NCBI GenBank assembly: GCA_036846145.1
Contig: DAIUCM010000004.1
Location: 1,846-65,845, forward strand
Length of the DNA stretch: 64,000 nt
Source of the DNA: Bacteroidota bacterium
GTDB lineage: Bacteria > Bacteroidota > Bacteroidia > CAILMK01
Direction: 5' to 3'
Positions within the stretch are counted from its first letter, which is position 1, and each line of letters begins with the position of its first letter. Shown piece after piece: positions 1-9,359 of this stretch. The notes under the pieces were generated by a model. It had not been told where the DNA came from. It saw nothing but the letters and a program-made list of their open reading frames with translations, and made no database searches. Both the position numbers and the translations under genes were made by a program.

Positions 1-120
1 CTGGGCCAGTGCCGTACTTGCTCCATGAGTGCTATGACTATGAAAGCGGGCATTGAAGATGCGATTCGAAAAGCGGTTCCTGAGATTAGGTCGGTAGAAT
101 CTGTTACTGATTTGAATTAG
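1..120 (+). CDS. NifU/Nfu-like Fe-S cluster protein, C-terminal fragment. The 5' end is cut by the window edge.
   Basis: The frame-1 translation LGQCRTCSMSAMTMKAGIEDAIRKAVPEIRSVESVTDLN* carries the CxxC and (T/S)LKAGIE pattern typical of the NifU C-terminal domain. The stop is TAG at 118-120. Confidence 0.55.
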   Translation: MGQCRTCSMSAMTMKAGIEDAIRKAVPEIRSVESVTDLN

Positions 121-145
121 TGAAAAATAAAGCATAATTAATAAG

Positions 146-180
146 AGGCTGCCCATAAAACCTGAGGCAGCCTTTTTTTA
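146..180 (+). terminator. Rho-independent terminator for the NifU-like gene
   Basis: An 8-bp GC stem (aggctgcc / ggcagcct) is followed by a T7 run. Confidence 0.7.
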
Positions 181-604
181 TGGCACCGCTCATATTGTGA
201 AAATGATTAATTCATCATTCTCCTCATTTATATTTTTACAAATTCCTTACTTCATTTCCTTTATAATTTATTAACAACTCCATATTTCAGTTCATAATAA
301 GTGCATATTTTGTAATGCTTAATTTTTAATTCCTGTTATTGCCATATGAATAACCAAAAATGGTTGCATTGCAGGGTAAAAGCTCCTACACTTTTAATAA
401 ACCCATATATACATATATTAAAAAATGCTTTGCCTACGATAAAAATGCAGGCAACCAAAGTATAAAAAAATCAGTCTTGTTAAAAATATTATAAAGTTGA
501 TGATACGAGTTAAACAAGTTTCAGCAACGAAAGCCATATAGCAACTGGCTGAAAAATACTTTGGTATAAGAAATTTAAGATAAACTGGTTAAGTACATTT
601 AGGT

Positions 605-646
605 AAGCGGGCTGCATTATATTTTGCGGCCCGCTTTTTATTTTTC
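605..646 (+). terminator. Plus-strand hairpin with a T-run. It may end an ORF-less transcript that starts near 432.
   Basis: The stem aagcgggctgc / gcggcccgctt is followed by ttttatttttc. No T-tail exists on the minus strand. The hairpin overlaps the App1-like stop codon. Confidence 0.45.
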
Positions 647-1864
647 ATCTATTGGCTTGTCTTTAGCGTCTTCTATAGATCTTGTAACGTCTTCAGCTAC
701 TTTATGCGGAGCTTGTTTTTTAATATTATCGGTTTCTTTGGAATTGTCAACCATTTTGGCAACTTCAATTTCCGGCATCTGGCTGGCATTTATATATCCG
801 CTTTGTATGGCATGTTCGGCCGCTTTCACCGTGTTTTCTATCAATACCATTGGCGTATTGCCGTGCTGTAGCTTTTCGGCTATATCAACCACTACTTTGG
901 CGCGGTCGGGCAGCATTACATCTCTTATATAAGCGGCTAAAATCCTGTCAGGGAAATTCTGTATAACTTCGTGGTAAATTACAGGATCCTGTTGGCCGCT
1001 GTCGCCAATAAGTATAAATTTAAGATTGGGATAGGTATTTAAAATACGCTCAATTTCTGTGTATTTATGCGCTTTGTGGTTTTTCGCAAAAAGCCTGTCG
1101 CGGGTAGTGCCAGTATCACGAAGTAACAATGGGCCATGCGGAATATTATGTACAGCGAGGAAATCTATCAAAAAATCATACAGGTTCCAGGGCGAAGATG
1201 ATACATAAAACAGCGGGTTCAGGCCTTTCCCGTCGGCTCCAAGCTGCAGCGCTTTGTAAAATGCCGATACACCTTCGAACGGAACCCTGCTTCTTGAGTT
1301 TTTGAGAAATACGGTTTTTGCCATTTTCACCCGGTTGGTGGCAAACGATTCTATAACTGTATCGTCAATATCGCTTATAACGCCAAATTCGGCCTGCTTT
1401 GGCGGCACAAAAATAAGCGCCACCGTTTTTACCTTGTTTTTCATAGGTATTGGCGATTCTAACAATTCTATCTCCGCCTCAAACCAATGCCTGTCTTCGG
1501 GGAAAGGCTTTTCAGGTTTAATATCGAAATAAAAATAGCCTTCATCATCCGATACGGTTTCATACTTTTTTCCATCGAAGAGAATAGATAATCTGGCGCC
1601 GGCAACCTCATCGCTTTCGAAGCGTTTGTACATGTTTACAATATTGTCCCAAACGGTATCGCTGTCATCGCTTTTGGTAATGCCTTTATCTTCCATTACA
1701 CGGCCGCGCACATGTATTTCACTATCGGAACCGTATGACCTGTAAGCGCAAACCTGCACCGGGTCAAAAAGGTTAAAACGCTTTTTAAACCTGAATTTAA
1801 GTTTATCTATAAAATCATCGGCATCGTTAACAATACCTGTTATTGTTTTTTTCAGCCCGTTCAT
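638..1864 (-). CDS. App1-family phosphatidate-phosphatase-like protein (HAD-like, DUF2183-type)
   Basis: A 408-aa ORF with the HAD-like DxDxT motif ISDIDDTV. Length and layout match bacterial App1-family proteins. Confidence 0.55.
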   Translation of the reverse strand: MNGLKKTITGIVNDADDFIDKLKFRFKKRFNLFDPVQVCAYRSYGSDSEIHVRGRVMEDKGITKSDDSDTVWDNIVNMYKRFESDEVAGARLSILFDGKKYETVSDDEGYFYFDIKPEKPFPEDRHWFEAEIELLESPIPMKNKVKTVALIFVPPKQAEFGVISDIDDTVIESFATNRVKMAKTVFLKNSRSRVPFEGVSAFYKALQLGADGKGLNPLFYVSSSPWNLYDFLIDFLAVHNIPHGPLLLRDTGTTRDRLFAKNHKAHKYTEIERILNTYPNLKFILIGDSGQQDPVIYHEVIQNFPDRILAAYIRDVMLPDRAKVVVDIAEKLQHGNTPMVLIENTVKAAEHAIQSGYINASQMPEIEVAKMVDNSKETDNIKKQAPHKVAEDVTRSIEDAKDKPIDEK

Positions 1865-2060
1865 TTTGCTTTTTTATTCTGAAAGCTATAAAATGAATTT
1901 GCCTCATAATGTTTAACGGCACTGCATGTGGGGGAATTTTTTTTCAATTAAAAATTAAAAATGCCGCGACGCGGAAATCAATTACAAATTTTGAATTAAT
2001 GCCGTTTGGTTAAGGATTTTTCAAAAGTATTGGTAAATTCAATATATGTGTTTCCAAATC

Positions 2061-2290
2061 ACTTTTTGCCCTCCATTGCCGGGCAGGCTATCCCGATGCA
2101 TCGGGACAAAAGTTCAGGGATGTAAATTATAAGCCAAAAACAGCTTTAAAGCATATTCCACCCTAACCCGTACCAAATTTAATTTGAAAATTTGAAAACT
2201 GGGAGATTTATGGATCGCGAAGCACTGGTTCCTGATAATTGATAAGCTATTTTCTTAACGATTATAATTTAAGGCCGTTCTAACGCTTTG
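2061..2290. repeat. Mosaic intergenic element, copy A. It is homologous to 63159-63495.
   Basis: It shares three modules with copy B: ttgccgggc(a/t)ggc, tgtaaattataag..aaaaacagctttaaagcatat..caccc.aacccg.acc, and tattttcttaacg.ttataatttaaggcc. Confidence 0.7.
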
Positions 2291-2507
2291 CAGTTCTTTT
2301 TACTTTTATCAAAATTAATATAAATTATTAATATCTGATTTCTAATTATTTACGTTGCACCAAGCCCTGAATGGGCGAACTATATCAGCATGGGGCAAAG
2401 CCCTATGTATAAAACGTCCTTACCTAAACGACATTGAATTAAAAATTACGAATAACTAATACAACGATACAAAGCAACCTTCCAAGTTCACTACCTTCAT
2501 GCATATA

Positions 2508-4073
2508 TCAGTTGCCGGAAAAATAGTTATTGTATTTTTCCAGATCTTCGGCGGTACGGGCATCGGCCAGGTTCCAGCTCTGCCAGCGGGCCGATTGCCA
2601 GTTCAGTATAAAATACATGCTTCTTGAATCGAGCATCTGCCTGAACTCTTCAATATCAGTACGGTAAGCCCATGGTCGCGGTAACGATTTCTGCGCATTC
2701 ATCTGCCGTTCAACATCGCTAATCCTGCTATAAAGCAAGGGTAAGGTGTTGTCGTCAAGCTCATAATAAAAATCGGTATCAATGCCCGCGGTATTCCAGT
2801 GGTTGAGGTTGTAATTAACAATAAGCACATCCCATTGTACCGCGCTGAAAAGTACAAGCACTGTGTAGGCAGCCCAGGTGTTTGTTCGCCATAGAAAATA
2901 ATCGCTGCGTTTTTGCTTTATTTTAATAAACAGTGTTGCCAGGCCAATTAATGTAAGCAGCAAAAAAATCATTACACCAATACGTTTATACGCAAGGCCA
3001 TGAAACTGTATATAATGCCAGTTGCGTAAAAACACCGAAAATGTTAAAACCATATTTTGAAGGATCCATATATGAGCCAGCCGTATAATTATTTTATTGC
3101 CTTTGTAAAAATTAAGATTAGCGCGGAAAAAATACAGTAAAATGCCTATGGATAATAAAATACTTAAAATTAGCAGGTAAGTGCCTTCATGTACAAACTG
3201 CTTAAGGTTAAAGTTATGCGGCATGTTAAAGCCAAGCCATATCCAGCTGATATCTATACAGTTAACAACCAGCAGCAGTAAATTTACCAGTATAAGCAGC
3301 CAGGTGGCCGTACGCGCTTCATTTTTTAAGGCTACAGGATTGCGCTCGGGTAAAGTATAATATGGCGAGCGCAGTATTTTTGGCAGCCTTTGCTGTTTTC
3401 GTGCTAAAAATTCGCTTTCAGTGGCTTCTGCTTTAAATAACGAGCGGCTGAAACGGTAAAATAATACAGCAGTTAAAATTATTAAACCAAGCAACAAAAA
3501 GAAAAAATATGGTAAAGAAATGAATGAGAACATCCACTCGAAAAAGATGAAAATATTACTGGTGAACATGCTTGCCATTTTTCCGAAAACAGGGTTCGCA
3601 ATGGAGTATATCATGTAAAAAATAAAGAAGATTAAGAAAGGAATAAGCCCTCTGCGTACAAATCTCCACAAGGGCGAAATGTGCTGTGTATTGCCTGGCA
3701 GATGCTGTAATTTATCGAGCCAAACTACCGGTACCTGTGTAAAACTATACAGCGTTTGTAAAATTATGGAAGGAATATATTGTGAGCGGTAGATATGGAT
3801 AAAGCCCGTACAAATAAAAAACGAAAGGAAAACCATAAAGCCGTTTAAGCCAGTATGGTTCACTGTAAAAAATATTGCTGTAAAAACCGTACACGCGGCG
3901 GTAAAAATGGCTGGGTTTGAACGCCTTGCCCTTGGATTTAGATAAAAATTAACTGCCAGTAACAGCACTGTGAATGCAGACAGGTTTATGCCAAGCTTGT
4001 GCTGCCAGAAAAGATAGCTGTAAATAAGCAGGCAAATGGGCAGAAGAATATTTTTAACAGATAAATGTTTCAT
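2508..4073 (-). CDS. Polytopic inner-membrane protein (DUF4173/DUF4153-like)
   Basis: A 521-aa ORF with more than 10 predicted hydrophobic helices. Coding potential is strong and it resembles Bacteroidota DUF membrane proteins. Confidence 0.5.
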   Translation of the reverse strand: MKHLSVKNILLPICLLIYSYLFWQHKLGINLSAFTVLLLAVNFYLNPRARRSNPAIFTAACTVFTAIFFTVNHTGLNGFMVFLSFFICTGFIHIYRSQYIPSIILQTLYSFTQVPVVWLDKLQHLPGNTQHISPLWRFVRRGLIPFLIFFIFYMIYSIANPVFGKMASMFTSNIFIFFEWMFSFISLPYFFFLLLGLIILTAVLFYRFSRSLFKAEATESEFLARKQQRLPKILRSPYYTLPERNPVALKNEARTATWLLILVNLLLLVVNCIDISWIWLGFNMPHNFNLKQFVHEGTYLLILSILLSIGILLYFFRANLNFYKGNKIIIRLAHIWILQNMVLTFSVFLRNWHYIQFHGLAYKRIGVMIFLLLTLIGLATLFIKIKQKRSDYFLWRTNTWAAYTVLVLFSAVQWDVLIVNYNLNHWNTAGIDTDFYYELDDNTLPLLYSRISDVERQMNAQKSLPRPWAYRTDIEEFRQMLDSRSMYFILNWQSARWQSWNLADARTAEDLEKYNNYFSGN

Positions 4074-4243
4074 ACTTTGTGATTATATTATGCGCCAACG
4101 GTGTTTCTTATGATTTTCTTACAGGATATTTTATTGTGTAAAGGCCCGTAATTTTTTTTCTTTAAAAAGCTGGCTTTGTGGATTTTATTTTGATTAAGAA
4201 ATATTTTATGTAAGTATTTTTTGTGAGGCTTATATATGGAAAA

Positions 4244-4711
4244 TTATGGCTCATGGATAATAACATCAGCATCCGGCTGATGTATGCTGCTTTCTACAAT
4301 ATCTTTTGCGAAGATTAAGGTAACCGGTATGGCCATAAGCAAATGCGCGGAAACCATTTTAAGCAACAATAAATATGTGTTTACCAATTGATACTTACCT
4401 GATGTTGATACGATAAGCGCAAAAAGTACCAGTAACACGAATATGGGGATGGAAACAGCCAGGTAAATATTTTTCACCCGTGCAGAACGTTTAAGCACTG
4501 AAACGTACCGCAGGTTGAAAAATGTTAAAAGCAGCGCCGGTAATGAAAGAAAACTGCCTAAGATGAAATAAAGTAAGAAAGCGGTGCCGGTATCTGTATT
4601 TTTATTAGGCAGAGCTATTTGCTGCAAACCAAGCATTACAGCCAGCATTGAGCCGGTGAAATTTGTTACAAGCCATATTACGAATGATCTTATTGTTATT
4701 AACATGTTCAT
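4244..4711 (-). CDS. Small membrane protein, hypothetical
   Basis: A 155-aa ORF with 4 hydrophobic segments, co-directional with the upstream membrane gene. Confidence 0.5.
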   Translation of the reverse strand: MNMLITIRSFVIWLVTNFTGSMLAVMLGLQQIALPNKNTDTGTAFLLYFILGSFLSLPALLLTFFNLRYVSVLKRSARVKNIYLAVSIPIFVLLVLFALIVSTSGKYQLVNTYLLLLKMVSAHLLMAIPVTLIFAKDIVESSIHQPDADVIIHEP

Positions 4712-5054
4712 AATTAAATAGATATTGTTTTTTAAATTTTGAAGGTAAATTTTTTAGTAATGCCGGGTTTTGTTATCAATTTCATCTTTTATTTAAATGA
4801 TCCTGAAAAATGTTTAATGTTTGAAAGAACTTTGAGTTTCAAAGTAAAAATGCAAAAAAATAGCGTCCATATGATATTTCTTTTTAAGCTTTTGATTTTA
4901 TTATTATTCATTTTATAAGTAATTTTTAGGATGAATTTAGTTTAAATCATTTTACAGTACCCAATTACTGTAAAAAGCTTATCTGCATTATTGGCTCCTC
5001 TATTTTCCAGTAATCAATCCACAATACTTTTATCTCAATACTTGGTTAAAAAAA

Positions 5055-5354
5055 TCAATCTCTTGCTTTCAGCAGTTTCTCCAGCGCGTTAAGGTGCTCA
5101 TTAAAAGCTTTTTTTCCAACTGCGGTTACAGCATAGGTTGTATTGGGCTTTTTACCAATAAACTGTTTTTTCACCTGTATATATTCAGCTTTTTCAAGCG
5201 CGGTAATATGGCTTGCGAGGTTGCCGTCAGTAATATCCAGCATTTCCTTCAAAGCCGAAAACTCAACCCAGTCATTTACCATTAGTATGCTCATTACACC
5301 AAGCCTTATCCTGCTTTCGAACGCCTTATTTAGCTGAGATATATATTCTTTCAT
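5055..5354 (-). CDS. Winged-helix transcriptional regulator (HTH_34-like)
   Basis: A 99-aa ORF with the wHTH pattern ESRIRLGVMSIL...GNLASHITALEKAEYI. Its ATGA start overlaps the upstream gene. Confidence 0.6.
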   Translation of the reverse strand: MKEYISQLNKAFESRIRLGVMSILMVNDWVEFSALKEMLDITDGNLASHITALEKAEYIQVKKQFIGKKPNTTYAVTAVGKKAFNEHLNALEKLLKARD

Positions 5355-5989
5355 TTCTCGTATTTAGTGTAGAGCAAAATACCATAAATTATGTGCAGCA
5401 CGCCAAAGCCAATTGCCCAGAAGAGTAAGCCGTAGCCTAATAAAAACGCGGCAATTAAACCCAGGGCAATTTCGCATAAGCCCAGGGCACGTATGTCATC
5501 ATAAGTATATTTGCTTGCGTTCAACAAAGCCAGCCCGTAAAATATCAGTGTTACCGGGGCCACAAAACCAACTGCGCCATGGTATAGCAATATTATGCAG
5601 AAAATACCGCCTGCAACCAAAGGTATAAAAAGGTTTGCGAGCAGTCGCCTGGCCGTGCCATCCCATAACGCGTAACCATTTTTACGGGCTTTACGGGCAG
5701 AAAAGTAAAATGCAGCGAGTAATGATGCCGCCAGTACAAGTATGGCATCTGTAAAGAAAAATATATAAAATGATGGCTGTAAACGCCCGTTTAGTTCTCT
5801 TTCAATATTGTATTCATGCGCAATGGAGAAATCCATATCGAGGTACCAAAAAGCAACCGCAGCGCCAATGAGTGCAAAAAGGCCGATAAAAATACCCGAA
5901 AAGCCGCTGAGCGATAAAAACCTCGATGAGCGTTCCATCATCTGCCTGATCTGGCTCAGGTCCTGTAAATGTTGTTCTGTGCCCTGCAT
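5351..5989 (-). CDS. Membrane protein, hypothetical, co-transcribed with the wHTH regulator
   Basis: A 212-aa ORF with 5 TM helices and a 4-bp overlap with the regulator gene. Confidence 0.6.
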   Translation of the reverse strand: MQGTEQHLQDLSQIRQMMERSSRFLSLSGFSGIFIGLFALIGAAVAFWYLDMDFSIAHEYNIERELNGRLQPSFYIFFFTDAILVLAASLLAAFYFSARKARKNGYALWDGTARRLLANLFIPLVAGGIFCIILLYHGAVGFVAPVTLIFYGLALLNASKYTYDDIRALGLCEIALGLIAAFLLGYGLLFWAIGFGVLHIIYGILLYTKYEK

Positions 5990-6071
5990 ATATAAACTAT
6001 AGTAAAAGTACTTTGAAATACAAAGTAAATTATAAGTTTGTTCAGTTCCAAATATTTCCGGTTAAAAAAAA

Positions 6072-6692
6072 TTATTTATTTATAATGGCCGATAAAAAAG
6101 ATAGTGCTAAGATACCTGTGCCGGCGCCAATCCACACCTGGCCTGCTTTCTTACGTTTTGCCTGGCGAATATAACCGTCGTAATAATCGTGGTTATTCGT
6201 TAGCGTAACATCGGGTAAGTTAAGGTTGTGCTGTTTTGGCGGCGTTAATGAAATGGCTGTTGCTGTAATAATGCCTGCCGGCGGAAACAGCAATGTGCTA
6301 ATAAAGCCTGCCATAAACGGCCCGTTGGCTTTATAATTATTCTTGGCATCGATCTGGCCTTGCAGGTACATATCCTTTGCAGATAATCTGCCTTCCGCAC
6401 CCGGTTTTGAACGCCAGTTATTATGGTTGTTATCATCTGGCTTTTCTGCTTTTTCTGTTTTAAATACTTCTTTGGTGCCATTTGCATATTTAATCATAAA
6501 AACATCTTCCTTTAAAACAGTAATCACAGGCCCATCGGGGTTATTATGGTACTTAAACTTAATTTCTTCGGGTAAAATTTCAAGTACTTTGGCTTCTATT
6601 TCGGCGCCATCTTTTTTAATTACTACATCCTGCGCAGCACTGTTTAAAGCCATACCCAGCAACAAGCCAAGCACTATAATTATATTCTTCAT
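6072..6692 (-). CDS. Secreted or lipoprotein-like hypothetical protein
   Basis: A 206-aa ORF with the signal peptide MKNIIIVLGLLLGMALNSAAQ. Confidence 0.55.
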   Translation of the reverse strand: MKNIIIVLGLLLGMALNSAAQDVVIKKDGAEIEAKVLEILPEEIKFKYHNNPDGPVITVLKEDVFMIKYANGTKEVFKTEKAEKPDDNNHNNWRSKPGAEGRLSAKDMYLQGQIDAKNNYKANGPFMAGFISTLLFPPAGIITATAISLTPPKQHNLNLPDVTLTNNHDYYDGYIRQAKRKKAGQVWIGAGTGILALSFLSAIINK

Positions 6693-6940
6693 AAATGAAA
6701 ATTTATATTGCCAAAAGTAGTGAAATTATGTACAATCATTCGCAAAGCTGTTAATTTAATATAAGTATCTGGACGAAAATGTTGTGCATTGGATTACAGA
6801 AAGAAAACAAAACGCAAACTGCTTTAAATTATATTGCTGGATCAACTTAAGCAGTGCAATTTGATTTTAACTAAATCCGTCATCATACTTACAATGGCGA
6901 ATCTGCATGTAAGAATTAATGTCAAAATAGAATGAGTATT

Positions 6941-7045
6941 GCGCATTTGAAAAGTGTGCTGTGAACCACAGGACACAGAGCTTCGAAGCATTACTCCCTG
7001 GTTCGTGGTACACAAACCAGCATTTTTTACGCATTTTTAAGGCTG
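6941..7045. repeat. Roughly 100-nt dispersed repeat, candidate sRNA, copy A. Copy B is at 56068-56170.
   Basis: About 85% identity between copies over about 100 nt. One substitution pair is compensatory: ACCAC...GTGGT in A against GCCAC...GTGGC in B. Confidence 0.6.
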
Positions 7046-7423
7046 TTTTGATTTAGCGAAGTCAATGTCGTTTAGTTGTGGAAATTTTTTTATTGGAGGT
7101 CTGTGCGCCACAAGCCTCGGAGCAGTGATTTTAGAATTCCACTAAAATTTAGATCATCTTAAAATTCTAAATTTATAACATATTAAACGATTAAATTTTA
7201 AGTCGGAGCTCCCTGTGCTGTTACTCACAGCCCGGAATTTGTAGGGAAACTACCTTAACTAGATGACATTGATAGCGCAGTAAAATTTTTTTATTGTCGG
7301 AGCTGAATTCCTATCCTTATTTAGGCGAGCTGACTGAAGGTTAATTAGGTTTATTAAGCAAATTTTACTGTCAGGCACTTACTTAATTTAACTTGAGCTC
7401 GCGAATTAATTACTTGATTATCG

Positions 7424-7557
7424 ATAAGTATTAGGACAAAAGTATTGGGTATTGAGTACTGAGAATAATACAGAAGATTAAATGGTTGTTTATTAACTAT
7501 TTACAGCTGATACCAAAGTGCAATTTAATTAAAACTAAATTTGTCCTAATACTTATA
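7424..7557. repeat. MITE-like unit bounded by a 17-bp perfect inverted repeat
   Basis: ataagtattaggacaaa and tttgtcctaatacttat flank a roughly 97-bp AT-rich core directly beside the stop of the MBL gene. Confidence 0.5.
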
Positions 7558-7568
7558 AGTAATTAATT

Positions 7569-8606
7569 TTACCACCATTCATCAGCAGGATGGTATTCAT
7601 TTAAAATAATCTGCTCACCTATTCTGGGCGTTGTTACCTGCAAATTCATCGCTACGGCATTCTTCTTTAATTGTTCAACCGGCTCATTCCAGTGGTGCGA
7701 TGATAATTTGAATTTCCCCCAATGTACTGGAAAAAGCACTTTTGCATTAAGGTCTGTAGCAGCCATTGCCGTTTCATGAGGCATCATATGTATAAAAGGC
7801 CAGTATTTATTATATTGGCCACATTCTAAAATTGCCAGGTCAAAAGGTCCGTATTTTTTTCCTGCGCTGGCAAAATGATCACCATAACCGGAATCTCCAC
7901 CTATGTAAATATTGGCATCATTCGTTTTCAAAATAAAACCCGCCCATAACGACTTGTTTCTGCTGGTTAAATTTCTGCCCGAAAAATGCCTTGCCGGTAC
8001 TACGGTTATATTTATTCTTTCCGAAAAAGTAAAATCCTCAAACCAGTCAAGCTCAATGCTTTTCTCGGATGAAACGCCCCAGTACGCAAGGTGTGCGCCA
8101 ACGCCTAAGGGAGTAATATATTGCGCTGGCTTATTGCTTAACTTTTTGATGGTTCTGTAATCCAGGTGGTCGTAATGATCGTGCGTAAGCAATACAATAT
8201 TAATGTCAGGCATATCATCAACTCCATATATAGCAGTGCCGGAAAATGCTTTGGTGCCTGCCCATTGTACCGGCGAAACCCTGCTGCTGAAAACCGGATC
8301 TACCAGAATATTAATACCTGCCGTTTGTACAAGGTATGATGAATGCCCGAACCAGGTGATTACAGTTTTATCTTTTTTTATAACATTTAAGTTGCTTTTA
8401 ATTACCGGCATAGGTTTATCAGGCACAGAATCGCCTTTCTTAAAAATAAAATCATACATTATTCTCAGCATGTTCGCATCATCGGCCATCATTGGAGTAG
8501 GCTGCCGGTTGTGGAATTCTCCATTTTTAAAATTAGGTGATTTCTTAATACGAGTTAATCTTTCTCCTGTGGGTAAAGCGCCTAATGCAGGTAAACCAAA
8601 ATTCAT
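7569..8606 (-). CDS. MBL-fold metallo-hydrolase
   Basis: A 345-aa ORF with LTHDHYDHLDY, which is the HxHxDH motif. Confidence 0.85.
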   Translation of the reverse strand: MNFGLPALGALPTGERLTRIKKSPNFKNGEFHNRQPTPMMADDANMLRIMYDFIFKKGDSVPDKPMPVIKSNLNVIKKDKTVITWFGHSSYLVQTAGINILVDPVFSSRVSPVQWAGTKAFSGTAIYGVDDMPDINIVLLTHDHYDHLDYRTIKKLSNKPAQYITPLGVGAHLAYWGVSSEKSIELDWFEDFTFSERINITVVPARHFSGRNLTSRNKSLWAGFILKTNDANIYIGGDSGYGDHFASAGKKYGPFDLAILECGQYNKYWPFIHMMPHETAMAATDLNAKVLFPVHWGKFKLSSHHWNEPVEQLKKNAVAMNLQVTTPRIGEQIILNEYHPADEWW

Positions 8607-8694
8607 AAAATGTATTTAAATAGCAGCACAATATTACAACACAGGTGTATTTTGGTTGTAATAATAAAATTAAAGCGGCTGTATATAAACACCG

Positions 8695-8721
8695 AAGTAT
8701 TTTTACATGCTACAATATATG
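8695..8721 (+). promoter_or_regulatory. Half-copy of the dyad motif (AAGTATTTTT-N10-ATATATG), 34 nt upstream of the 8755 start
   Basis: Matches the recurrent motif family. Confidence 0.35.
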
Positions 8722-8754
8722 CAGGCGGGATATTTTTTTTAACCGGTAATTTTT

Positions 8755-9216
8755 ATGTACACACGCGAAGAAGCATCCCGATTAAGGCAAGCATTCTGGA
8801 CCACTTTCGGGCAATATATGTCGCCCGTTTTATCGGCGGAAGGCACCAAGGTAAACTGGCTTAATTATAAAACAGGCGTTAAAGGTGTATTTTTTCGCAT
8901 GCAGGCCGATAATAAAATGGCCTATATTGCTATTGAGCTTTCGCATAAGGATGTTGATATACAGGAATTATTCTTTGACCAGTTTACAGAGCTTAAACCC
9001 GTTTTGCACAATTATTTGAGGGAGGAATGGGTATGGAGCCTAAATATTACAGATGAACACGGAAAAACAGTAAGCCGCATTTTTACTGAACTGCAAAATG
9101 TAAATGTTTTTAACCAGGCCTGCTGGCCACAGCTAATTTCTTTCTTTAAGCCAAGAATTATTGCGCTCGATAACTTTTGGGCGGATGCGAAGTATAGTTT
9201 CGATGCGTTGAAATAA
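8755..9216 (+). CDS. DUF4268-like protein
   Basis: A 153-aa ORF starting MYTREEASRLRQAFWTTFGQYM, the conserved N-terminus of a small Bacteroidota DUF family. Confidence 0.55.
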   Translation: MYTREEASRLRQAFWTTFGQYMSPVLSAEGTKVNWLNYKTGVKGVFFRMQADNKMAYIAIELSHKDVDIQELFFDQFTELKPVLHNYLREEWVWSLNITDEHGKTVSRIFTELQNVNVFNQACWPQLISFFKPRIIALDNFWADAKYSFDALK

Positions 9217-9359
9217 CCGGTAACCGGCTATAAGTTACAACACTATAAACCCTTAAAATTCTTAAAAATTCTTATTTTATTTGACTGTTAAATTAATTTG
9301 CCGTAAATTGTCTTATATTTACACGCAAAATACTTGCAATAAAACAGAACATTATAAAA

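Noticed and set aside
624-932. A 102-aa plus-strand ORF.
   Set aside because: It is fully antisense to the well-supported App1-like gene, has low-complexity membrane-like composition, and is a typical shadow ORF.
8203-8619. A 138-aa plus-strand ORF.
   Set aside because: It is antisense to the MBL-fold hydrolase gene with its HxHxDH motif, so it is a shadow ORF.
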